A DNA stretch of 43,286 nt. Source: Klebsormidium nitens (lineage: Eukaryota > Plantae > Klebsormidiophyceae). Shown piece by piece: positions 9,678 to 20,946 of the stretch (position 1 is its first letter; each line of letters starts with the position of its first letter). The position numbers and the translations under genes were made by a program. The notes below the pieces were generated by a model. That model saw nothing but the letters and a program-made list of their open reading frames with translations, ran no database searches and was not told where the DNA came from. The DNA is taken from positions 1 to 43,286 of the forward strand of contig DF237641.1 in NCBI GenBank assembly GCA_000708835.1, read 5' to 3'.

Positions 9678-10322
9678 TCAGCGAAGAAAGGTCCAAGGGT
9701 TGAGTTCAAGGCTTGATGAATCTGATGAACGGGACCTTCGGCCAAGGAGCTTGAGCAGCTTTTGGTGTTGCGCTAGCAAGGAGGTGTTCCTAGTCACCCA
9801 AGGATTATGGGTGCGTTGAGCTTGCATGAGAAGCGCACGACGAGCTTGCTTTTCTAAGAAGACCGGAAAACCAAGATTGGAGATTTTGCAAGACAGGTGA
9901 GCAGCTGGATTTGTGGGTGCGGTCCTCTTTGCGAGCTTTTGTGCCCGCCGCTTTGGATTTTCTCGTGCATGAGGGTGGGGTTAGTGCGCTGCAATGCATC
10001 TATACAATTTGCCCAAGTCATTTACAGCATGCCGCACTCCTTTCCTTAGCTTGACGACATGGGGTTGGAATAGTTTTGGCAGGGCAGCTTGCAGTTGCAT
10101 TATGGTCCACGAGATGGAGTTTGAACTTGCACACTCGTAGACATGTGCTCTCATTAGCTGCTGTTGCGCTCAATGCCTAATGGTGTCGTCCCGTCCGAGA
10201 TTGCAAGCCGGCTGATGAGGCATCACTGAAATCTGCATCGTCGAGAATCCTCCATCTTTGAACGTCTCAGACTTGGATAATGAAAGTGTATCTGCAGGGA
10301 CCTTTGCTTTGTCAAAGTCGAT
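9678..10322 (-). pseudogene. Possible decayed protein-kinase (TKL-like) remnant
   Basis: One minus frame reads ~215 codons with only two internal stops: IDFDKAKVP...FKDGGFSTM (Gly-loop-like), KLFQPHVVKL (HPNIVKL-like) and CKISNLGF (KIsDFG-like), in kinase order. No intact HRD motif, and the spacing is short. Confidence 0.35.
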
Positions 10323-10525
10323 GGGGGGTTTATATTTTTTTTCCCTCTAGGGTTCCCTGGTCCTTAATTCGTCCCAGCAGCATGTGGCAAAACCTGTGAG
10401 GTGGTTTTTCTTGGTGCAGCACTCATCAGACTTGACCAGCCACCTCTTATGGTCATGTTAAGTTTGCCAGTCTTGGAGTTTCAATGCATTGATTCTTCCT
10501 GCAAAAGGTGGAGTTGACTTTCACT

Positions 10526-10573
10526 TGCATTTGTTCCTTTGTCTGCCGAGCTGCATTTGTTCCTTTGTCTGCC
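10526..10573 (+). repeat. 26-bp-period direct duplication
   Basis: tgcatttgttcctttgtctgcc at 10526 and 10552. Confidence 0.85.
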
Positions 10574-12594
10574 AGAATATGATCTCAGAATCTGCAGAGA
10601 GCAACATATTTGCGAAGAATGGGTAAGAAGCAATATGGGAATTGGAGCTTCAAAAGATGCAGTGTGAAAAGAGATGAACAGGCCGATGTGCCCTTTGAGG
10701 TCAGAAGTGCAAGATTCGAGAAGCCTCGCCCTCTGCGACCAATGTTAAGCCTTCACCAAAGCGGATGAAGAAAAACTAGTAAGAAGCAATGTTCTGAGCA
10801 TGGTTCTGGATACACTATTGTTTGGAGGAAAATGCATAGTGCAGCTTGTGCAACTGCACTCACGAGCCTGGAATCATATTCTGCTGACTGTTTCAGCAGC
10901 GCTGCGGGCCAGCCATGACGAGCGGTCTTCAGAACATTCACAAGCTAGGTGCAGAAGCTGCCTGAGAATGCTTGCTGCGGATGTCTGGTGCTTGGACTTG
11001 TTTGATCACCCTGGTGGTTTGGTGCATTAGGCCTGTTCGTATGGTCATTCGCTTTTTTGAGTTGATATTCTTTCTGGCAGAGTTTATGTGTGAAATGGCT
11101 TGCCAACCAGAGAATGTCCTGCCCTAAAGGTCATATATCCTGTAAAGTTCAAGCAGCGTTGGCCCTTCTTCTCCTTTTTCTCCTTGCTTTCAAGCCTCTC
11201 ACTCCAAGAGGATTTTGTTTGATTGCTCTAGACTTGTTCTCTTTCCAGTGCATACGCCTAAGATATTGCTTGCTTAATGCTCATGATCTGGTTGAGGCCA
11301 TCAGGTTTGCAGAGCTTTTGGCGCACAGGCTATTATCCTGATGTCTTAGGGCTTACTAGTGGATCTTGCGCACCTCTTTGTGCATTTGCTTTGATTGATC
11401 CTCGCGTGCGCTTTCTGAACTGGATCTTTCAAGATTGGAATCCTTCCATCTACTCGCATAGTAGTTCAGGTGCCTAAACGAGCAATCTGACGGTTGCACT
11501 CTTAGGCGTCTCTGGAACACACTGCCTCCCTGCATTGTACATACATTCCAGTCTTGTTCATCCTTTTCCCCCAGCCCTTCTGACCAGATTTGAGTACAAT
11601 TCCTAAAAAGGTATTCAACATGGCCAAGTGGCGCATCTAATCAATCCATTCAATCACCAGCTGTTTCTTAGCTGACACCTTCTGAATGAACCAAGCACTT
11701 CCAAAGAAAAATTCAAAAGCATAAGTGGCATGGAAAGGTAACCAATACTTGATGTGCAGGTGACATTAAGCTATAATTCGCATGGATTCCGTTCAAGCAA
11801 GTGCATCAAGCTCCGCAGGATCCGCCAGTTGCGGGGTCAGCTGATGTCAGGTGGTCTTACCTGTGCAGCGTTGACACCAATGACTGGAGAACGGCGTACG
11901 CGAGGGCGGCTTGAGCCAGAGAATTGGTTGGCCCGGGACACAGATAAGGCCAGGTATGGCTGAGTCTTTTGCTCTGTGCCCTTTAACCTTGCTATATTCT
12001 GCGCGCGTTTGTCCTTTTGTTCTTTGAATCAAGAGTGATTACTAGGTTCCAAGGGGTGTCTTAGATAGAGGGGCGGTTAAAGCAATCACTAAGTGGAAGC
12101 TCCTGATTGAGCTTGACAGGTAGCGCTTCCAACGAGGATTGTACTGGTTGACGACAATGTCTTTTTCCTTGGTTTCCAACGGCACTACTCTCTCAGCATG
12201 TCCTTTCTGTAGAAATCTGCTTCCTCATGGTGCAAACTGCACCACAATCAAAGTGCAGCTTGTTGCCAGGCGTTCTGAAGTTCTCTGCGGGAGACTTTCT
12301 TTTGATTGAGTATGCGCCCTTAACACAAAGCACACACCATCAGATTGACTTTCCATAGTAGGAGCCTCTCTACAACCACATCTTCACCGCTTGTTACATC
12401 TTTGAGAAGAGTCGTCAACACAACCCCCATCTTTCCTTTTTTTGTCCAGTCATCTTTTCTGTATTCATACCACTACTCCAGTTTCATACAGATGAGTCAG
12501 CTGATGCTCAACTGATGCTTTTTTAGTTTGCCTGAACGAAGGATTCCTTTGCCCTCCCTCCTGCAGAAAACAGCCCCTCCTAGCTGCCGTCAAC

Positions 12595-15500
12595 ATGCGT
12601 CTCCTTCCTGAACTGCACCCTCTGGATTCCCCTGGGGGGGACAACGACGCCGATCTTCAGGAGCTTATCAACAAGTACCGCCGACCTGAGAACACCGCCG
12701 ACACTGAGGTGCGCAGGAGCCCCCGTACCCCCCGAAAAAGTTTCGGCGATGATGCTAAAGGGCGGGGGATACACGTTCTGATCGAGGAGCTCTCCAGGGG
12801 GCTCTGTGATTCGTCAGGAGGGGAGAAACTCGCCAGCAAACGGACCCCTGGGAGGAACGTTCGTAAGAAGCCTCCCCCTCGGGGAGAAAGCGATGGTGAG
12901 GATAGTGATGAGGAACGGCCTCTGGAGAATGGAGCGGCACTGCTTTTGGAACTTGCAGGGGGGTTAGCGAGTCCCCCCCCTGGGGAGGGGCGCCCCATGC
13001 GCCGGCGGCAGCAGGTGCAACGGTATGAGCCTGATGACGCCCCCGTTTCGCAACGGGGGGGCAATGTTCGGCTTCCAAAGGGCAGCGAGGAGAGGGAGGG
13101 GGGAGAGGAAGAAACGATTCCGGACGAGCGGCGGTGCGTTATCAAGGGGGGAACCGGGTGGCGCTGCCCCTTAGAAGCTATGGAGGGCCTCAAGCACTGC
13201 GAGAAGCACCTCGTGAGGATGCGGGAGCGGCGGCGAGGGCCCCGGGGGGGTGCGTCCGAGAAAGCGTCCGGGGACTCTCTCGGAAAAGCGTCCGATGGCT
13301 CTGAGGGGAACGAAAATGCATCTGGGGGGGAAGAAGTGAACGGTGGAGGGGCGGTCAGAGGCTCCCCGAGACGGCGGCGGAGTGTGAGCTTCGCAAAAGG
13401 GGGGGTGGACGACGAACCGGAGCATGCTGCTGAGTCGCCAACGTCTGATGGGGGGCTCAACGTTGAGGGGGGGGAAGAGGGACAGCGGGCCCGGAGGCAG
13501 CCGCAGGCGAAGAAGGAATGGAAGGAAGAAGAAGACGCGGTACGGGTGCGGGGGGCGGTGCGGTCAGCAAGGCCGAGAAGGAGGCGGGCGGTGGGGAAGT
13601 GCTGGGGGGAGAGTGACCTTGATGGGGAGAGAAAGGAAGCGGAGAGTGGGGAGCAAGGGAAAGCGGGAGGGGAAGAATCTGAGGAGAAGGAGGCGGCGGG
13701 CTTAGATGTGCTGTCAAAGGAGATGCTGACGTTGGAAGCGGAGAGTGGCCAGGGGAAGGGGGAAGCCGAAGTGAAGCCGGGAGAAGGGGGAGTTGCGAGT
13801 CTGAGGTTGGTCGAGAATGAGACAAAGGATGCTGAGATGAAGGGGGAGGATAGAGCGGGGTGTGCCGGTCAAACCTTACCGGATAAGGAGGGGGGAAAGA
13901 GTGGCCTGGAGAGTGAAGAACCAGACCGGAAAGAGGCCCAAGAAGAAGCAGTGCTGAAAGGAAACGGGGAGGCGGGGTCAAACGAGGCTGTGGAGGGGGG
14001 CTTCACTACAATAATGGAAGAGGAGGGCGCTGATGGAGGGGGAACAGGGTGCCCCCCCCGGGTAATCTTAGATACAGACGTAGTACAGGTTGCAGCGGTT
14101 GCAGGGGGCGAGAAAACGAAGAAGGAGCGGAAGCCAAGGGCGCCTGGCGAAGGGGCCAGAAAGGCGAAAAGCTCTCCCGGAACGCTACCAGTGGGGGTGG
14201 TTTTAAGTCCTGGGACTGTCATGGAGGCTAAGAAGGTTAGGCGGAAGTCAAATAAGGGTGGCGCCCTGGGGGCAGGCTGCCAGGTGGCAGCGCAGGATTT
14301 GCCGGGGCTCTCGAAGGGGGTGAAGCTCCCAAAAGTGGTGTCGGAAAGCGACAGCGACCAGGAGCCAATTGGGAAGAGGCTGTCGGGGGAGGTTCCTTGG
14401 GGGAAGGTCACCGCCAAACCCAGCAAGGTCATCCGGCCAATTATCCTGGAAGCCAGCTTACCGGTTAAGGGGGAGGTTAGGGACGGGGCAGAGAGCCTGA
14501 GGCCGCAGGTTGCGACGGAGGAGGAAGGGGGAGCAAGCGTGCCTGACCGCAGTGGAGGGGCGAAGAAGAAGAGGAAACGGAAGGAGGATACTGAAGGTGA
14601 GACTTGATTCATGCCTCCGATGCAAGAGTAGCGGAAGAAGGATTGTGTTTGGGAGATGAACGGATAGCAGGTCCTTAAACACGATCAATGGGAAAGAGCA
14701 GTAAAGAAAAGGAGATACAGGGCGGTCAAGGAAAGTTGTCTTGACGGGCATGAACAAGCACGATGTCTTGAATCTGCCAGTTATTCGTCAAAAGGTCTTT
14801 GCAACGACAGGCAGACTTCTCGCTTGACAATCCGATCAGCTTGAGACTCCTTGGAAAGGTCTATCTTCTCGCAGCGGCTCTTTGTTAAACCTCAGATACC
14901 CCCAGAGAAGCGTTCACCGCTTCTCTTGCTCCCTCTGTTTCGAATGCGTCCCCTCTCCCTCGTGCTCCATCTCTGCGCGCATTCGCGAGCTGCGAGTCCA
15001 TCGCTTATTGATGCTTCATAGATCATGTTATAATCTTCGGATGCAGATCCCGAGCGTTGCCGCGAAAGGCGGGCGGCGCGCAAGCGCCTCAAGAGCGAGC
15101 AAATGTCTGAGGTCCTCAATTTAATGGCGTCCCTGATGGCGCACCAGAACTTTCCGGGGGGTACGCTGGAAGCCCTAACCTCGGGCGAGCCCCTGCCCTC
15201 CATTCCGATCAGCATGGAGGACGCGGGGAGCGCGTCTGACGAAGAGCCGATTGCCCTGCGTTTGAAACCTGGAAAAGGGGGGGTGCTTTCCAAGGGCAAG
15301 TTCCGGCCCCCCAGCGACGACGAGGGCAAGTCGGAAGCGGACGCGATCTGTCAAAAGCCGAAGAAAGAGGTGCGGAAGCGGGAAAACGTGGCTGGGGCGG
15401 GGAGGAAACGGCCGAAACTGGAGACGCAAGAACTGAGTGTTGGGCTGGAGCCGTCCTCCGGCGAGGGGTTGCTCGAGACGAAAAGGTCGGACGCGTCGGG

Positions 15501-18500
15501 ATCGATGGAGTCGGATCCGGGAAAAGCACACCCGACGAAGCGGAAAAGGGACGTGCTCCAGGTAGGGAGTCGTTGACGTGGTATTGGACGTGTTCTAGCT
15601 TTGAAAGGGGTTCTCTGCGACTGGTTCCCCATCTTGAATGACCGCTATGGAGTCCGTTTCAGGATCTCTGACGCGGTCCGACCTCCGTCCCGAAGTCGTC
15701 AATCTTTTGAAAGCTCATCGAGTATTCTTTGCACCGTCTCTGATGATACTTCAAAGTGTTTCTGCCTGCCTCTTGCGGAATCTGAGGCGTTACTATCGTG
15801 ATACATGCAGACTCCCTGCTCAGCGAAGCAGCCGCTCTTTCACCTCAAACTCGGAGTAGATTTTCCGCTCGCTCGTTTTTAACTTTTCTAAGAGGCTGAT
15901 TGCAGATCCCTACTCCGATCAGATGAGCAGGTAATCTGCGCCCATCCACTCCCCGTCCCTAGTTACGATTCCGCACCCTTTCGCTGCAGGAAACCCTGGC
16001 CAAGTTTTCCATGCCCGAGCGCATCTCCATCACCGACGCCGCGGCCAACGGGCAGCCTGCGCTGCCGATCTTTGCCGGACTCACCGGCCGCAACGCGGGG
16101 CTCAAGCTGAACCCCCACGGGCGGGGCATCCGCGTCTCTCCCCTCCTGATGCCCCGGGTCGTCGCGGAACGGTCGTCGCCGTTCGGCCCCCTCTCGGGAC
16201 CGATCACCGCAGAGCTCACGGCCTGCGGGAGCATTCACATCGACGGCGCCCCGGGGGGTATTCACATCGACGGGCCGCAGGGGGGGATACACATCGAGGG
16301 CCCCCCCGGGGGGGGTGTCTCGGAAAGCGCCCTTCCCGACATCCAGCCGAGCAACCCCGCCGAAGTGGTAGCGGTGACATGCCCTCCATGCGCGGACATA
16401 GTGCCGGGGCCTGGCCCCCCTCCCGTGATTGGCATTCCACTTGCGGCACCTGCGGTGGCCCTTCCGGCTCAGCTCCCGCAGCCCGTGAACATCCCTCTCG
16501 CAAATGGGGGGGTCGTTCTGCCTTCCCGAGAACGCGCGCCCAGCATGGACCCTCCGATGGCCCACACTTCGGGAGAGTGGGAATACGGAGCTCTCGGCTC
16601 GACGCCCGTCCCCGTTTCGGGGGGGTGGGTGTACCCCCAACTGGGCTCGGGGGTGTACGACTTCGCAGGGCAACTGCTGGACGCACCGCTGCCCCCCCCC
16701 ATCAAGCCGCCGAAGCGCCTCGAGCTCATCAACAAGCACCGGAAAATGGTGGAACCTAAAAAGGGGGGTTCGAAGAAGGGGGGATCGCGCCCCCGGGGGC
16801 CGAAGCCGCGGCCTGTGGAACATCCAACGGTGGGGGAAATGGCGGATACGGTCATGAGGCTCGCCGCTAACTCCAGAATGGGCGTTAACGGCTCCTTGGC
16901 TGCGCAAAGGGACTTGGGTAATGGGTGGGCGATGCACGCGCCGTCCCAGGGGGTCACTTTCCCTGCCTCGCCCCCCCCCCCTAATGGGATGAAGACGTTC
17001 TTGGGTTTGTCGCCGGGTTACGAGGGGAACCCGGGTCAGGCAAGGGGCGTTGCGGTAGTTTCTAACGGGTTAAGCCAACCAGCCCAGGTTAACAAAGTGG
17101 GTCATGGGGCCGAGTTGAGGGGAAATCAGTGGGGAGAAGGGAATGGGTTTGAGAGTGCCGGGCCGTCGGGAACCGGAGGCGCGGACTTTGAATCGATTGC
17201 GGGGCTTATAGGAGTGTACGATCTTGGTAGTGGGACGGAGCCGATGCAGGGGGAGAGACTTAACGGGGCAGAGGGAGGGGGAGACGCAAGCGCCGCGTTT
17301 CTGGCAGGTGAAGAGTGGCAGTGACGTCTGATCGTGCTGAGCTATGCATTGGGGAACGTTCTCAAAGGGTACCCCAGATCCGTCCGATAGCAGCACTCTT
17401 TGCTTGTAATTGTCAAACCATGCAGCACTCTTTGGTTGAAGAGATACAAATTCTCGGCTTTTTGAGTCTCGGACCTTTGACGAAGGTCAAGCAAAACAAC
17501 AGCCAACGGGGCTTTGCTCTCTCGGTCGGTCTGTCTCGGATACGAAAAAGCAAGCGCGTTTTGAAAAGTTGAGGTGCTTGATGGAGGTCGCCTAATATCG
17601 ATGAATCTATAAGGATCGCAAGTTGCACAATTCTGGAGGTTTGGTTAATTTGAGTCTGCCACAGGTCATGCCTGTTTTGGGCCCGGACAAGCAACCAACA
17701 CGAACCGAAGGAAACAGCAGCGAACAGTGCACACTCACATAAGGCCGAAACGTAGCTGTGCCGTCTAATGCTCGTTTTTCTTTGCGCACCAGATCTCATT
17801 GAGAGCGCTTCGGGCGCCAGACCGTACGACGACCCCCTGACCATCGACGCCCTCCGGTCTTGGGAGCAGAGCCTAAAACAGGACAGCCAGTCGAACCCCC
17901 CCCCTCAAGAGCCGCCGCGGTCCTTCCAACAGTCAGAGTCGGTGTCGGAGTTTCTGAAGGAAGCAGAGGCGATGGTGAATCAGTACCGAGCAGACGGGTC
18001 GGCTGGGGTACCGACTGGGGCGCACGGCGCAGACGCGGAGACTGGGCGGCAGACGAACGGAAAGCCGGCGGAGTTCGGGCGGAACGACGGGATGCGCTCG
18101 TGGGATCAGGGCTTTCCGGGGGTTGCTCTGAGTTCCGGTCAAGCGGGGTTGCCGGCCGAGAGGGCAGACGGTACGAAGCACGGGGTTGCGAGACCGGTGT
18201 ACGGGTCGCTGAAGGGAACGGACGCGTTAGCGAATGGCACGAGAAAGACTTCGGCAGAAAGTCGGAGTAGAAGGGGGGAGGCCGGCGGCACGAGGGGGGG
18301 GCTTGCGGAGCCCTCACAGCACCCCCGCGGGGATGGCGGACACAGTGGGCCTCCAGGGGGGAACGACAAGACGGGCACGTTTAAGTTGTTCGGCACCGAG
18401 TTGAGCAGCGGGGTGCGGATGGGACCGGTTCCGTCTGCGACGGCACCGGGGATTGCAAGGCCCATTCGAATGCCGGGGGATAGGTGGGGCGGGCAGGCTC

Positions 18501-18823
18501 AGGGAAGGGGCCTTGTCAACGATCTCCGGCACCAAGGGTGGCCATCGAACGGGCCATACGCTATCCCCCCAATGAGACCGGTTCCTCCGTCTTTCCTTGG
18601 GCCGCAACAGCAGATTAGGCAAGATAGTGTTCCGAACGGGTTTCACGGGCTTCCCATGCTTTGGAACGGCCTTCCGATGCGGCCCGCCGGGGGCGAGCCG
18701 GCTCAGGCTATAGGGCGGAAGAACGGTTTAGAGCCAGATACTAATATCAGAGCGCTTCCAAAGAGATCATTGAATTGGTGGGAGCAGGATCAAGCAGCGT
18801 TGATGGGGGTTACGCCGGTCTAG
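12595..18823 (+). CDS. Large, mostly low-complexity nuclear protein with a WRC zinc finger; 4-exon model 12595-14596, 15047-15561, 15990-17307, 17793-18823 (1621 aa)
   Basis: ORFs 12595..14607, 15103..15576, 16011..17324 and 17768..18823 join in frame via GT-AG introns (phases 1, 0, 1); total 4866 nt. WRC motif RCVIKGGTGWRCPLEAMEGLKHCEKH. Basic NLS-like KKKRKRK. Small extra exons cannot be excluded. Confidence 0.8.
13135..13209 (+). other. WRC zinc-finger coding segment (C-x9-C-x10-C-x2-H)
   Basis: Exact canonical ligand spacing, with the W-R-C signature. Confidence 0.9.
16233..16313 (+). repeat. In-frame 27-bp coding tandem repeat, 3 units (IHIDGAPGG / IHIDGPQGG / IHIEGPPGG)
   Basis: at(t/a)cacatcga starts at 16233, 16260 and 16287. 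Confidence 0.9.
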
Positions 18824-20946
18824 TTGTAAGCTTTCAGAGGTTGTACACTATGTTTAGGCCATTTGCCGGCGCGCTGGGTGTGGACTGTGCGACTCTCGAT
18901 TGATTCTGGTGGCATGTGTATGTTAAGCAGATTTTAGCGGCAAAAATTCAAATGATACAGGTTTTGCCACATATGCAAGGTACGAGGCATGGAAACCAAG
19001 CCAGTTCTAGAAAATAGAGCATCGAACTTGGCCAAGCCTGTTGGGCAGCAATTGTGTCTAGACAAGGAGACACAGAAGTATAGGCCAGCAAACCTACCGT
19101 CCGAAATCCGACACAAGTCGGGTGACTTTCAATTGACATTGCTTGTGTCGCTCCATTGCATGGGGCCACTCAATATTACGTACACAAGTCTTGAGGTACT
19201 TCAAACAGCTCAATGACTCACGCTCCTATTGAAGTGCCCCTCCCTTCAGTATCATGCATACATATATTTGCATGTGTGGCGATGGCAATATTATCGGGTC
19301 ATGCAGTAAATTGCCACTGAGGCCGCGTGACAATGATACCGTATGATCATTACCTAGCTGGTTTGGTCAAATGATTAGACTGGAGTCATGGCCCGTCAGT
19401 GCTGTGTTTCATTACTTCGACCTCACTGAGTAATGCACACAAGTAAATGCAGCTAAGATGGCATGGTAGCTGATCGATTATGTATGTCCCGGCAGACTCC
19501 AAATGCTAATTTGATATCCACCGAGTCAAATCGTTCAACGTCGGTCAGTGCGTTTCGGCTCATGCGTCGGACCAGAGGGTCCCGGCGCGTGCGCTATGCA
19601 TTGTTCGCATTTGTGTCGACTCTGTTGTTGAAGCCCGATCAGCCTATATTAGTCAGAATAAAAGCGAAGTGACTAGCGAGGACTGCATGAAGAATGGCAT
19701 CCTCTGGTTATGCACGAAGAATTAAAAGCACGTACCCGGCTGACGGTCGGGGCTGCAAGCCGAGGGCTGCGTCGGCGTGCACTCAAGTCCTGCAGCAGCT
19801 TTAGAGCAATGATGGCCGCCGTAACTTGAAATAGCATGCAATACATGAGTAAGTCTACGAGACCGCACCGCTGACTTCGATTATTGGTTGGCGGCCGCAC
19901 CGGCATGCAGAGCCGAACGGCACCTCTGCGTGCTGCTAGTGACTGCCAGCGTGATCAAATCAATGACAATTGCCAAAGCTTTCGAAAAATGCTGTCATTT
20001 TGATCACGCAACGTGAAAGTCTCTTTTCAAATAGCCATAGCCAGTTCGGCCATAGGCTTCTCATGGCATACATATGTGGTGTGTAGATTGATTGGACATG
20101 CAACATGTCAGTCTCGGGCAGAGGAGATGCTACTGTTACCGTACCGCGCATCAAGATGAAACAGTCCACTCGAGTCCTTATCAGCTCGACGAATCGTTCG
20201 AACTTCAAATCCAATGTCTAGAGCGAAGACGCGGCCCGGCCGCCGGCCTGTCGATCGCCGAGGGCCTAAAGGTACGGTATATGCTCCACGGAGAACTGAT
20301 TAGAAGGTTTGCGCGGGCACACAAGTATCAAGCCGCCTCCAATCCCAAGCTCCCGTGAACATAAGTACCTGCACTTGCAACAAGACGAACGGATCTCTTG
20401 GAGTCTGTCTGCCGTTCGCGAATTGCCCTCGCGACCAATCTCGCGGCCGCCCTCGCGGGCTGCGTTCTCATAAGCAGTTTAGTCATTATTCCTTATTCGT
20501 TGTCCGAGCAGTCCTCTGCGCCTTTAAGCCTCTGGTGTAGCTCACAGCGCAGGACCTGAATGCGCGAAAGGCGCTGGATCACTTGCTGTCGCGGCTCACG
20601 GGGGCTTGCTTCTATAGGTTGGACCAGCATGCATGCATCAGGCTGATCAAGCAGGTAACTGATTGGATGGAGAGGGAGTCAGACGCCGGCAAAATCACAT
20701 GCGCTGCTAGTCCTGCTTAATCTGTTGATCTAGCGCACACTCTCTGGGTGAATTGTTTCGAACTAGGATAAGGGGAACAGGATGAAATAGGAAGGGGTTT
20801 AGGTTGGGTTCAAGGTTTGGAGCGGGGCGGGTGAAGCTGATCAGTTTCAAGTGTTTGGTCCCTGACAAAGTGGGAGGATCCATAAGCTAAGGGGATAAGC
20901 AGGTGGTTAAGGGGTGCGCCCTCTGAGGCGCTCTTTATTCCGAAAG

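Noticed and set aside
11440-11480. APELL peptide after a tttag acceptor on the minus strand (kinase subdomain VIII-like)
   Set aside because: Lies upstream of the putative kinase N-lobe (wrong order), is followed by a stop, and has no other motifs.
15600-15930. Possible extra micro-exons in intron 2 of the WRC gene
   Set aside because: Their phases do not fit the phase-0 donor at 15561, which joins cleanly to 15990.
19250-19700. Faint inverted similarity to 35020-35340
   Set aside because: Only scattered 8-12 bp matches by eye; needs an alignment to mean anything.
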